This document shows, piece after piece, positions 18,742 to 30,922 of a DNA stretch of 30,922 bases. Under the pieces are notes generated by a model that was given only the letters and a program-made list of their open reading frames with translations, searched no databases and was not told where the DNA came from. Numbering within the stretch: position 1 is the first letter of the stretch; every line of letters begins with the position of its first letter. This stretch comes from Paraspadella gotoi (Eukaryota > Animalia > Chaetognatha), in the NCBI GenBank assembly GCA_051294375.1, contig JBJCIZ010001228.1, positions 1 to 30,922 of the forward strand. Direction: 5' to 3'. Position numbers and translations under genes: made by a program.

Positions 18742-21081
18742 ATGTTTCATCTCTTACCTTCTGAAGAGCTGAGCCGATGGCTACGACATATTGAGGACGA
18801 CGCTGCGCGGGTTTTCAACACAACTAAAGAACGACAAAAACAGAAGCTGGAAATCCTACGATTACGACACGCCCAAGAAACGCTCGAACAGGATAGGCGA
18901 AGGCGTCAGCGTAACGAGCTCTTCCACCTCTCTGACGACGAAATCAAGAAAGCCCAAAACTGTTGGCTGGCAAACCATTCCTCTCATACACTAACGGATG
19001 ATGAAGACGCTGTATTACGCAAAGGTTTGTCTTTCGTTCCAACACCTTTTAATATTCCTGTTATTGACCTCATTGTCGGCGTTGAGACAGGAGCCCGGCT
19101 CCTCAATCAACGGCCCGAAGCGGCGGCTACCCTTCGGGCAGGGGCGGCAAAAATACTCAATGCTAAACGAGTTCCGCCACCATCAAATGTCGGTAAGGGT
19201 GAGCGCAAGGCCATTGCCTCACTCAGGCGCAATCAAGCGATCATGGTTCACCCCGCAGATAAGGGTCGAGCTGCGGTAATCATGGACGCTCATGATTACA
19301 AAAACAAGGTAGTAAGCATGCTGTCGGACAAGGAGACTTACAAGCCCTTAAAAAAAGATCCTACTCTAGCACACAGAGCACGGATACAAACGGTGACAAG
19401 CCAAATACGTGAATACTGTCCCGCGTCAGTATTTCACAGAGTCAATCCAGACTCAACGCAGCCGCCTCTTTTCTTCGGTCAGCCGAAGGTTCATAAGCCC
19501 GATTTACCGCTACGCCCTATCGTATCGGCCCGCAATTCCATTTTTAATGGAATGACAAAGGAGTTGGGAAGAATTCTCACTCCTCTTGTCGGAAACCAAC
19601 ACCACCTCAGAAATTCTCTTGATCTGACAGAAAAGCTGCAGCACATCACAGTGCCCGATACTCATCTCTTGGTCTCGTGCGACCTAAAGAGCATGTTCAC
19701 AAATATTCCTCAGGAGTTGGCGTTAGCATCAGCAGAACGTCGCCTGAAGGAAGACCGGATGTTGCACGAGCGTACGCCAATCCAATTGGATGATATCATG
19801 GCACTGCTGCGCTTGGACCTGGAACCTGGCGTACTTCAGGTTCGATGGACGATACTATGCCCAGCCTGGTGCTTGGGATGGGAAAATCAACCTCAAGTCC
19901 TCTGGCAGATTTTCTATATTGGAGGACTATGAGGTGGAAGCTTTGGCTTCTTTTCGATCTCTGCATGGGGGCAGAGTCAGTATCTTCTGGTATCGGAAAG
20001 CAGACGATACCATCCTGGCCGTGAAAAGGGATCTGGTTGATACCCTTCTGACCACATTTAAACAGCATCGAAAACGAGTATCAAGTGACATGTGAAAATA
20101 AGGAGGAGAATGGCAAATTCCAATGCTCGATGTGCTTTATTAGGAGCAAAGGGCGGCTCATTGGAATTCTCTGTTGTATCGCAAACCAACTCATACTGAC
20201 CAATAACATTTCCTTTGATTGCGCATGCTCCCTTGTCCCATAAACTCGCCACGGTCAGGTCCCTTACCAGAAGAGCCCTACTGATTCCGTCGACCCCCGA
20301 GCTCCAGCCGCCGAGCTTGACATGTGTCAAAAGAGCCTTGGCGCTCAATGGTTACCCTCTGTGGGCTTTCGAGAAGGCTAGGTTCCGGCTGAACCAGGCT
20401 GAGACCAGTGGCCACAAGGGGCTGCCAAGTAACTGCTGACGCAAGTTTCAACCTCCGCCCCCCAGGAGGAAGAACGAGGTCTTGCTGCTGAAGGACCAAC
20501 CGCGCCCTCCACAGCGCAACTGGGAGATAAGCAGAAGCGCCTCAGGACTGTGGGTCACCTGTCCTCTCCTACCACCAGGGGATCACTGAAGCTTTGTGTG
20601 CGGGTGCTAGCAAAGCAGGGGATCTCCACTTCAGTGACGACCCGCGGCTCCTTACGTGAGCAATTGGTGAAACCGAAAGATAAAATCCCCAGACCGCTAT
20701 ACTTCAGCGAGCCGTCTATTGGGCGGCCTGTGCCGGGGCAGGCAACCAACCTTGCACAGCAGCATACGTGGGCGAGACGCGGAAGTCTCTCTCAGATCGG
20801 TTTAAACAGCACATAAAGCCGTATCGTGACACACGAGGTCACTTCTTATCGGCTATTGCCGAGCATTCGGCATCTTCTGGCCATCTGTTTAGAGAGTCCG
20901 ACTGCTCGTGCTGTCCCATGACTAAAATTGGTTCTCAAGAGGTATTAGAGAGGCAGTTTACATCAAAAGCCTCGAACCCTCTTTGAACCGTGATGGAGGA
21001 CGATTCGATCTCCCTCCAAGCATTGATTCGCTAATCAAGACGGTGTGGGAAAACCCAATGCCACCCGCAACCGCACGGTGA
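18742..21081 (+). pseudogene. Penelope-like element ORF, copy 2 (5'-truncated; RT + GIY-YIG endonuclease), frameshifted after ~19820
   Basis: VLRKGLSF, HPADKGRAAVIMD, FFGQPKVHKPDLPLRPIVS, LVSCDLKSMFTNIP, YFRFDGRYYAQ, FWYRKADDTI (19985-20014), HAPLSHKLATVRSLTRRA, ALNGYP. GIY-YIG variant AVY-x15-YVGET (20711-20779), RFKQH, SAIAEH, EAVYI, LNRDGG; stop at 21079-21081. Confidence 0.95.
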
Positions 21082-21657
21082 CCCCTGTCCCCAACTCAAC
21101 GGGTCAGGCGGAGGCCTCCCGGCAGGCAATGGACGTCCGATACCTCCCCGAACGCTGTTAGCAACTTGGCCGTGACTCTCTGAACGCAAGCGCCGCCCAA
21201 AACGACGGCTACAGAGGAGGGAGAGGATCTGTATCTCCTGCACCAAAACGACGCAAGAACAGGCAACCGCTCCACCTACCGTCAGGTGAGAGGAGGCCTT
21301 CGGCAGGCTTATCGAGCGCAAAGAGATATTAGAGTGGTATGGTATTTCCCCCAGCCGGGTCTTTACCTGACCCACACACACCCACCAAGAATATCATCTC
21401 AGTCTATGACAACCAATGACCGATCATAATCGTCAGCGTCCCACCTTTGTCCACCCGGGGGGGGCCAGCTCATTTTGAGCTCTTTCTTCTCTTATATATA
21501 TTTCACTTAACTATTACCTTATTATCCCTCACCACCTATTCCTCCATTTCATTTTTCATCATTATTACTTATTTTTAACTTTTGTTAATTCAAAATCTCA
21601 GCTTATTTCTAAGTTTTCTTAAATTTATTCTTTGTTGTACATTGTCAAATGTAAATT

Positions 21658-21698
<41 letters not shown>

Positions 21699-21955
21699 AT
21701 CTTTAAACCATTTCAAAATTATCTTCTTCTCTGTTCTTACCTTTCACCTGTCCTTTTCTATCTGGCCACTGTCCTTTACTCAGCCTTTTTGGAAACTCTC
21801 CCTCAATCTCTCTTCACTCTCTCTCTCTCTCTCTGCTCTCTCTCTCTCTCTCTCTCTAACTTAATGTGTAGAGCATTTTTGATAATGTTTTTCAAAGCTG
21901 ATGAAGACCGAATCAACAGAGTCGAAACATTACTATGTAAATAAAAATCGTTGTA
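18745..21955 (+). mobile_element. Penelope-like retroelement copy 2 with 3' pLTR
   Basis: The ORF above, followed by a 3' region homologous to the copy-1 pLTR (ttgttgtacattg.caaatgtaa.., (CT)n, hammerhead, aataaaaatcgttg). Confidence 0.9.
21894..21937 (+). ncRNA. Hammerhead ribozyme motif in 3' pLTR of copy 2
   Basis: CTGATGA (21898-21904)-a-gac-cgaatcaacaga-gtc-GAAAC (21924-21928)-atta-ct. Stem II gac/gtc; stems I and III imperfect; AATAAA at 21940-21945. Same position as in the copy-1 pLTR. Confidence 0.65.
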
Positions 21956-22441
21956 ATTGGCAACAATAAACCAATGCCCAAAATTTAATTTTTACTTTTC
22001 TATTATATATTAAGGCGCGCTACTAATCAAAAAACATACTAGTTTTTTTGTTTTTTTTTAACTTAAATTTTGAGAAATAGAAATTATTTCAATATTGATG
22101 TCATCTGTAGTTAGTTCCAACTAACAACACTTTACTCTTCGACAGAACGAAACACGAAGTCCCTCTGCGACCCCACTTCGATAAAGCTGAAGTGCCGAGA
22201 GCGCGTCCTAACGGGGGCCTTGCATGTCAACTGAACAAAAGGCGCGGCGTGAATTATGAAATAAATACAAATTCTTTCTTTTGTTACCAAGAGAACAAAA
22301 ATTAGTATCGGATAAAGCCTCGAAAAATTTTCCTGGATAATTGTTTGTTTTTTATTTATTAAATTTTTTTTAATTCAATATTAACGTTTGAAAATGAAAT
22401 TATTCTTTTTTAAAGTAGCAAAAACTTCCTATATAAATTCG

Positions 22442-22487
22442 TGAGAGAGAGAAAAAAAGGGAGAGGAGAGAGAGAGATGAGAGAGAG

Positions 22488-22539
<52 letters not shown>

Positions 22540-22566
22540 TGAGAGAGAGAAGATCGAGAAAGAGAG
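22442..22566 (+). repeat. (GA)n microsatellite
   Basis: Direct observation. Similar tracts at ~16590-16710, 23900-24091 and 29855-30021. Confidence 0.9.
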
Positions 22567-23897
22567 TGTCATTCAGATTTCATGACGCGTTTCGAAAGCT
22601 TGACGTGTACGGTCAATCGTTTCGTCAACGCTTTGACGATGCGTCCTGCTCTGACGTTCGTTATCCCACTTTGAACGACAAATAGGTCGTTTGAATGCGA
22701 CGTTCATTAATCAATGGAAATCGGTCATCGCAGAAACAAAACGGGTTTAACCTGCGTCATTGGCTACTTATGAAATTTATTTCTATCGAAGCCATGAAAT
22801 CGACCTTCATAATCCATCCTTCCCCCCCCAACTCCCTCGTCAAACCGCGCACCTCGACGAGTCGACAGTTCGATCGCTGCCGTCCCGACAGAGATGAGGA
22901 AATTCTCTAAAGTTTGGAGACGCTCTGCCATTATGAGGTGAGGGCGTTCCCAGCCACGTTGTACCAGTCAACGTTGTCCGGCGGACCTGCGAGAAATCGT
23001 GCGTCGTAACTGATAATGTTAAAATATATTGAATAATGTTAAATTAAAAAAATAAATAATAAAATAAACTGATAATGTTAAATAAAATGATTTAAACGAT
23101 TGATTAACGGACGCTTTTGTTGAAATAGCCGACGACGACGACGACGACGACGGACGACGACGACGGGCCGCGGTAATCATTACACACGGAGATCGTGGCA
23201 CGCGAGAAATGCGCAAAGGGTCGGCGGCGAAAAAATGACACTACAATCACTAACAACGACACCGCAGAAACAAAGAGGCGGTGACGGCGACGACGACGAC
23301 ACGACGACGACGACGACCGACGACGACGAACGAGACGATACGATGAGAACTTTAAAGCAAATGAACCAAGAAAACATAAAAAAAAAAAACTTGCGGTTTC
23401 AAATGAATGAAAAGAGTAAATATTTCAGTTATAGTAAAAATTTAATTCTTTCCCTTTCCCGAAACTTAATGAAAATCATTGCAGGGCATAGCGGTTGCCG
23501 GTGAATCCATTTGTTAGCGTTGGGAGCTACGGACTCTCCAGTGACGCCCCCTGACACGTCGGCGCAGTTGTGCCAGAACAATCTCGCTTTGCCAACGCAG
23601 CAGGAATTCGTAACACGTAAACCTGTTTATGATTAGCTAAGAGGCATCTTGTCATTATTAATCGGTGAATTAATCTCACCTTCCCGACGAGAATATTGCG
23701 TCCTCGCCCACCACCTCGATGGCCAAACCCCCACTCTCCGGCCAGCCACCAGATTTCCTCCACAAGTCTGGACGTGTCAATCCACGCGCCTCTTTCCTCC
23801 AAGTCCACGAACGAAGTCTGGAAAGAGGAAGTCGCTCCAGTTCCACAAGACCGCGTCCAGTGGGGGAGCCATCCATGCCCCACCGAGACCCTACATC

Positions 23898-23935
<38 letters not shown>

Positions 23936-26900
23936 GAAGAGGGAGAGAGAGATGAGAGAGAGAGAGAAAGTAGAGTAGAGACGAGGATGAGAAGAGAGAT
24001 GAGAGAGAGAGAAGAGAGAGAGAGAGAGAGGAAGAGAGAGAGAGACGAGAGAGAGAAAAAAGAGAAACAGAGAAGAAAAGAGAAAGAGAGAGCCATGAAT
24101 TTCCGCCCTTGTTTGCCCAGATAAGCCTTAAGCACGACGAAAGTTTGATGTGACAATAAAGTCTCGGAGATGCCTTTCCCTTACTTGACCTCTCCCAAAC
24201 ATCGCTTTAAATAGCCAATATATACATATTTAATAGCAAAATTGTTAACCCAATTTTCTGTCCTTTCCAAAACGTATTCGAGACTAATTGTTATTTCAAT
24301 CGAAATGGATTTCCGTGGCAGCCTTCAATTTCCTTCTATATCTTTATCTTTTCTATTCACTGTCTAATTTTTTCTTCTCTTCTCCATCGATTCTGCGAAA
24401 AGGAGGGTAAAGGCTTCGACGGAGAGAAGAAAAAAAGAGAAAAAAATGAAGAAAACCTTGAAAAGTTTCCCGACCTTAAGTTTGCATGTGTCGCTTCTCT
24501 CCCACCGCTACTAGTCTTTTTCTCGTCTTTTTTTTAAGAACGCGCTCGGCGGCGGCCCGCCGCGAATTCATCGAGAAATTTCTTTTTTCTCGATGCAGGT
24601 TTGTTTGATTTTTTTTTCTTTTGTTTACGCTTTTTGAATTGAATCGGCGCTAAACGTCGTCGGTATTTGGGAAGGAAAAAAAATTGACGATTCTCCATTG
24701 ATTGGTGCGAAGCGGACTTTCTGCGTTTTTTTTGGTTTTTTTTCCCTCCTCTTTTCGTCGTCGTCGTTATGAATATCGTCCGTCGCCGTCCGTCTTTATC
24801 AACAGAGTGGCACTTTTTTCTTTTTCCCCTCAGAAATTTTTTTTCTACTTAACCAGTTAGAGCTCCGTTTTTTACAAGAACGTGCAGGACGCGGGAGCAA
24901 ATAGTCTTGGCGTCGATGAGATGCCGTTCAAGGACAGACTTAAAAAAAATTGACTTCCGTAATTTCAATTTATTTATCCGGCTAACGCCCAAAGCCAAAA
25001 AAAAACAAAAACTAGAGACAACGCAGCTAGGCGAACTGTTCTTTCTTCTTTTTTTTTAATTTTTATTCGAACAAACTTGGTTGGTAAGTCCCTTCAAATA
25101 AATTCGACTCGTTTCAAATTTCGTCTTACCATCATTTCGAATAACCTCACCCTTCATGCCCCCTTTTCCTTTCCCTCTTCCTTCCCATCTCCTTATTTTA
25201 ACCTTGAAGTTGCAAACATGCGATGTACTTCCCTCTTCGCTTGCCTCGGGTGCAGTTTCGCTCCTAACAGGCCGCAGCCATAGTTTCCTCGTAACGTTCG
25301 ACCTGAAAATCAGAGTGAATTTTTTTAAACGACATAGATTGACTTCATGACTGTCAATGGAGGGGAAGCTTTAAATCAGATCTCACGGTCCGTTTAATCA
25401 AGTCGGTCAGTTTTTCAACAATACTTATTATTGTTTATAATTAGTCTATCCTTAACTAGCTTTACCAGTAATGTTATATTTTAGAGGTTACACTACAATA
25501 AGTCCTAATTTTTTTCTTCTTAATCGGCCTTTTATACAACGATTATCATTGCGGGTGCGCCGTCTACTGGAGAGAAAAATTGCCGAAACCAAAAGTGAAA
25601 CGACCGTGCGTCGCGCTATGACATTTCACACCTTTGACTCGGCCACCACCACCAGGCGGCCGAACCCTGTCGGGGCGTTGGATATTTACATAATTTTAGT
25701 CGTGGATCTCTTTTATGAGCAGTACAGAATTCCCCATGTTTTATCATGAATGCGGACACTGAGTGGACGCTGGGGGACCGAGAAGCGTGTGGGTGGACAA
25801 ATATTAATATTTTAACTCGGAACATAAAAAAAAAGATTATGAGTTTATTTTTGAACGCCAACCCGGCCCCGGCGCGTCGGCTGACGTTCTTAAATATTTG
25901 GGTTCTCTTTCTTGGCGACAGTCGCGTCGTCGTTGTCAGCACTCCAGATGTAGAAATGTTCTTCAATCATATATGACAATTACTCGCAAAAAATAATAGA
26001 AAACTATCGGCAAAATATTAATTGATACGCAAAAATTTGTAACATTGTAATATGATTGATAAAATTTAAATAATTTGATAATTATCTGAAAAATTTTAAA
26101 TATTATCTCAAAAAAATGATATTTTTAATTTAATTTAACTATCCTGTAAATTTTAGTTTAATGTCTAGGCGCTGTTGGAAAGAAATGGTTGAATGGGCAC
26201 AAATGTCATAAATTTTGTGTTGTTTTTGGCAAAGAATGCTTGTTTCAGCTCTTAATAGTATTACTATGAAATTAATATTTTAAAATTTATTTTATTATCA
26301 AATTTATTTATTAGTTTTTTCCAAGAAAACAATCATCTCGAGATCGCAAGACAGCACGTATATTATATGTTAATACCTCTGGTCATAGTACTCACCTTTT
26401 TTTCTATATTACGTCTATGTCTAACATGACATGACTACAGTCTCAATGCTTCCAATGCCAGTACTAACCATCATTTACCTCTCAAGCATCACACGTCTCG
26501 CCTAACTGCATATGAGTGACCACAATCAGCATTAACTACCATTGACCTTAACACCTTCTAACTCACCGCCGCTACAACTCTCCCGTCCTCAACCCTCTCT
26601 CCTTCTCTCGCCACGCATCCAACATGAGACTTCGTCCGGACCTATACCTTAAAGTCAACGCACGTCCACTCACAGCAAAACAGTCTGGCGCCTTTTTCCT
26701 TTGAGTGGTCGACATTTTCATCGAAATTATCCCATCTATCCCTTGACAATCAAATTTCAATATTCTCTTTCATCCAAATCACACAACCCCACTCCCTGCC
26801 ACTTATTTTCTCCACTATATCTTCACATTTTTCCCCATCCCCCACTCATTCTCGCGATTCATTCCCACACCGCTGCCTCACTTCATTTCCCCATTCCTTT

Positions 26901-27889
26901 CCACCACTTATCCCCGATCATATCCCCTCCCCTCCTCACTTCTTTCCACTCCTTCCGCACTTATTCCCCACATTCCTCCCCCTCCTCACTTCTTTCCCAC
27001 CTTCCTCCATTAATTCCCCGATCATTTCCTCCGCTCCTCCTTCTTCCCTCCTCCCACTCATTCCCGATCATTCCCCCCTCTCACTTCTTTCCACTCTTCC
27101 CCGCTCCTTCCCACTCTCTTCCCCTTACGCGAAAACGTAAAGCGCGGGCTGCGAATCGGGCAACGGCGCCGGCGGAAGGATGTCGTCGAGACTCGAACGA
27201 GATCGGAGGCGACGACGTGGAGTGGTCGCCAAAGCCTGATAGGGTCGGGGGTGTTGTCGAACGATGGGGGCGTGGCGACGTGAATAAGCCACAAAGTCAA
27301 TAGATTTGAACTAAGAAAACCCAATGATCTTCAACAATTACAGAGAGAGAGTGAATCGCGAATCGGCTGTTAAAATTGATCACCCCATAGTAGGATTCTA
27401 CTTGGTGGACACTGGTTGATCGGTTTAGAGTCGGGCAGGAACTTAATTATAGTCACGCAAATGATCGATCCATTTTTCCGTATTTATCGTCTCCTCTCTC
27501 TCCCTCTCTCTCTCTCTCATCTCTCCTCCTCTCTCTATCTCTTCTCTGCTGCTCTTAGTCTCTCTCTCTTGCTCCACCAGGAGAACGAGTCGGTGACGAA
27601 CGAGAAGCCAGATCCGGAACGGGAGCGTCCGATGACAGAAAGTTGACGTCCGTCCAACCAACTATAGTCGTGAATATAATAATTTATTAATAATTATAAT
27701 GATTATTATAATAAAAGAATATTTATTATGAATAATTCTTTGAAGTAAGAACTCGAACTGAAAGTCCGGAAAAAAAAGTGACTTAACAAGGATAAGATTG
27801 AGCCGTATTTTCGCAAAAAGTGCTCCATTCAGAATAAATAAAATTAAAATAAATTAAAAATCAATTTTAAAATATAAAAATAGTTAAAA

Positions 27890-27990
27890 GGTTAGGGAAA
27901 ACAGGTAGAAATAGGTTAGATTAGGGATTTGGTATTTATGGTTAGGGTTAGGGTTAGAGAATAGGATTTGTTATGGTAATTGGGGTTAAA
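27890..27990 (+). repeat. Degenerate TTAGGG-like repeats
   Basis: TTAGGG at 27892, 27921, 27942 and 27948, plus variants (ggttaga, ggggtta). Confidence 0.6.
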
Positions 27991-30922
27991 AGATCATGGT
28001 TTAACTTATTAAAATATTTGATATCAAAATTAATTCATGATTATGGAAGAAAACCGAGGCGCTTTCGGAAAGAGGCCAACAATATTGAATGGATGAAGAT
28101 CACCTCCGGAATTGGCTTGAGATCTCCACCTGATTGGTCCATGAGATTGGAAATTTCCGAAAGCCTGAGGAGGAGCCGCCCGGGTCCCACCTGAAAATGC
28201 GTCTTCCATTGAGTTAGAAAAAAAAAAACTTTCAACTGCATAAATCAGTAATCCGATTTACAATTCGTTGTGATTTTATATTTTATTTTGCTGTGTGCTG
28301 CGCTCTCACACTCTGGCCTCTCTTTACTTCTCTCTTCTCTTTCTCGGCTCTCGACTCGATCTCTCCTTAATATATAAATCATATAAACTTAATTTAACTA
28401 ACGACGGGGTGAGGTAAAGAATAAATAGAAGCAAAAATAAAAATAAAGCTAATAACACCATTGTGTGAAAAATTCGGCATATAAAATTAGAACTAAAATG
28501 ATAATAATTCACCTTGTATCTGAAGCCAGCAATAGGTCGCTTTCTCAAAAAACCTGCCAACTCTCAACAAAGTATGAATAACTGATTTTCAAACTACAAA
28601 AAGTTCAAAGCCCAGTTGATTCCACCTCGACAATTGGAATCTGACAATGAACCACACTCATATCACACTTACAAACAACTAGGAAGTGAGACGGTCATTG
28701 AGGCAGATCAAACTGACAAAAGAGATTCTAATTATTAAAGAATCATTAGATTCGGTTTAGCGCATAGATCATATTTTCATAACATCGTAATTTGTAACTC
28801 CGCCCACCCTTTTCACTTACTTATCCTCATGATCTCTTGAGCTTTTGAATCTCTCGTATTTGAAGTCTTATCCGTTTATCGTCTTCGTCGTTGTCGTCGT
28901 TGTCGCGTTGTCGTCGATCGTTCGTTGCGTCTTCGTCGTTGCTCGTCGGCTTGGTCGTTCCTCAGTTTCATCATTTTGGTCTCTCTCATCAGGATGTCAT
29001 TTTTTGTATCATTACGTTCGTTGATATCCTTTCACCGTCAACTCTCTGCATTCGTCATCATTCTTCTTCGTCTTCATATTATTCAGGATTGTCATTTAGT
29101 CGTCGTCGAAGTCGTCGAAGTCGTCTTTGAGTCTGTTGTCTTTTGTCGTCGTCGTCGTTGTCCTCATAGTTGTCATCTTACATTCAGTCGTCGTTTCGTC
29201 GTCGCGTCGTTCGCCTTCGCCCTGCATCGTCGTCGCTCATGGTGCTGTTTTCGTCGTCGGCGAGTCTGTCGTCGTGAAATGGCTCGAAAGATTTTGCGGT
29301 TGAAGAAACAACAAGACCTTTTCGCAATAAGTCGGCTGAAGACGTGCACATACGCGAAATCGGGCTTTTAACCTGCTATATAAACCTGAGAGACCTCTTC
29401 TTTACTCTCTCTTATACTCTCTTTCTTCTTCTTTCCTTTCTTTTAAACCTCCATACTTAGAAAATCTTACTCTGCTCTGTCCTCCTTCGCATCTCACCTC
29501 TCTCTTACTCTCTCTCCAGTCTTTCTCTTTTCGCTTTAGTGGCGCCAAGAGCATTTAATGTACTACAGAACACGAGTGTTAAACCACGAACTGTAGCACG
29601 AGAAATATCCAAATGAATTTGGATTAATTTTCTTCGGGGCAATACCTCACGGAATGAGCGCGTAGGTTTGGAGAGAGAGGAAGAAAAGGAAAGAAGGAGA
29701 CTTGAAAAAGAGAGACAGTGATAGAGACAATGAATGAGATGAACTAATAATAACGGATACGAACATAGCCTATTAGGCTTTAGTTGGCTCAGGCAGGCTA
29801 CGGCGGCATAATACGCAAAGAAATGAAAAGTTTGAGTTCGAGATTCTGATAACCAGAGAGAAAAAAAGAGAGAGGAGAAGGAGAGAGTAGATGAGATGCA
29901 GGAGAGGCAGAGAGAGGAGAGAGACGGAATGAGAGAGGGAGAGAGAGAGAGGAAGAGAGAGAAGAAAATTTAGAGAGAGAAGGAGAGAGAGAGAGAGAAG
30001 AGAGAGAGATTCAGAGAGAGAGGTAACAATTAAATTATTTCTATGATCTGTTCTTAGTTGTTTTTTTGGAGAAAGGAGTAGAATTCAGAAACATGGTTGG
30101 GGAGCGAGTTTTGTGGTTTCTTAAGATTTCTGGAAGATTAAGAATTCTGTAAACTCCTTTTTTTTGGCGAAGAAAAAGAAATGTTTTGCTTTATTCTTGG
30201 ACATTCCTGACAATTTTTCCTTTCTTATTTTGGTTGATTTTTCAAAGAACTGGGAATACGTCCAAGACAGCAACTTACGTTGGATATTTGTGAGTGCTGT
30301 GTTTAAAATTTATAGATTCTTAATCTGCAACCTCAATACACCACAACAGCAGCGGACAACAGCAGGCGCCTCCACTTGGCGAGCCACTAGCAACAGCGGT
30401 CGTGGTCGGCCGCGTTGACTCGGCAGCAGCCAGTAGAAACGAAGGCGTGGGAGCGAAGGGGACGAGCCTCACGACTGATTGGAGCAGCGGCGCGAAGCCA
30501 GCGCCGGAGCGGGAAAAATATAGAAGCTGAAATCAAAAGCACAATAGAACAATAAAGAATGTGAGTTCCCTCGCAGGGACTATCATATAAGCAAAAAAAT
30601 ACAGGTAGAAATTTTTTTTAAGATCTTAAACAGAAAAATTGTGTTTGATCCATAGATGTTCCCTTCTACTTGACTCTCTTAAAATTTGGAAACAAGACTG
30701 CACAGTTTCTTTTCCTTTAATTCATTAATTATTCGTCCGCTCCCCTGTCATTTCTAATTATCAGCCGCGTCTGCCCCCCAATCGCCGGCTCTTTCTCTTT
30801 GAAAGATGGGAGCCAGGATCAAAGTTGTTTTTTCGCGATTCGAGAGTAATGGAATATTATAAGCCAATTTGCCGACTCATAACTTTAAACATTTGAATCG
30901 CGCTTCCCCCTGGCTCTCTGTC

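Noticed and set aside
23512-24201. Solo LTR (TG...CA, AATAAA near 24156)
   Set aside because: No matching target-site duplication and no second copy in the window; boundaries arbitrary.
28030-28640. Two candidate minus-strand exons (donor AAG|GTGAAT near 28512; acceptor TTTTCAG near 28191)
   Set aside because: The upstream segment has stops in all three frames after its likely acceptor and no recognisable protein; needs RNA-seq.
28860-29371. ORFs rich in S/R/V
   Set aside because: Derived from degenerate (GTC)n low-complexity sequence.
30310-30530. GC-rich island as possible exon
   Set aside because: A short open frame exists, but there is no recognisable motif or convincing splice-site pair.

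Overview
Repeat-rich, AT-rich eukaryotic (probably invertebrate) genomic DNA with no host gene I can support. From left to right: (1) an inverted arrangement of a ~150-bp module and an 18-bp minisatellite (20-2760); (2) a Ty3/Gypsy pol fragment (PR-RT-RNaseH-IN, minus strand, ~2765-6230) with no gag or LTRs, lying between the 18-bp array and (3) a 15-copy 69-bp tandem array whose minus strand begins like a tRNA; (4) a 25-N assembly gap; (5) a minus-strand Penelope-like element (RT + GIY-YIG, 8111-10525) headed by an inverted pair of ~440-bp pseudo-LTRs, one carrying a minimal hammerhead ribozyme motif; (6) microsatellites and small repeats; (7) a possible gag N-terminal remnant (17851-18228); (8) a second, 5'-truncated plus-strand Penelope-like copy (~18745-21955) ending in a hammerhead-bearing pLTR. 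Both Penelope copies have RKADD instead of YxDD in RT motif C. They are near-identical over RT/EN but strongly diverged in the N-terminal region, which suggests module swapping. The many scattered indels look like long-read consensus errors, so pseudogene status is uncertain. Most short ORFs in the track are low-complexity or antisense shadows. All alignments and identities were judged by eye.
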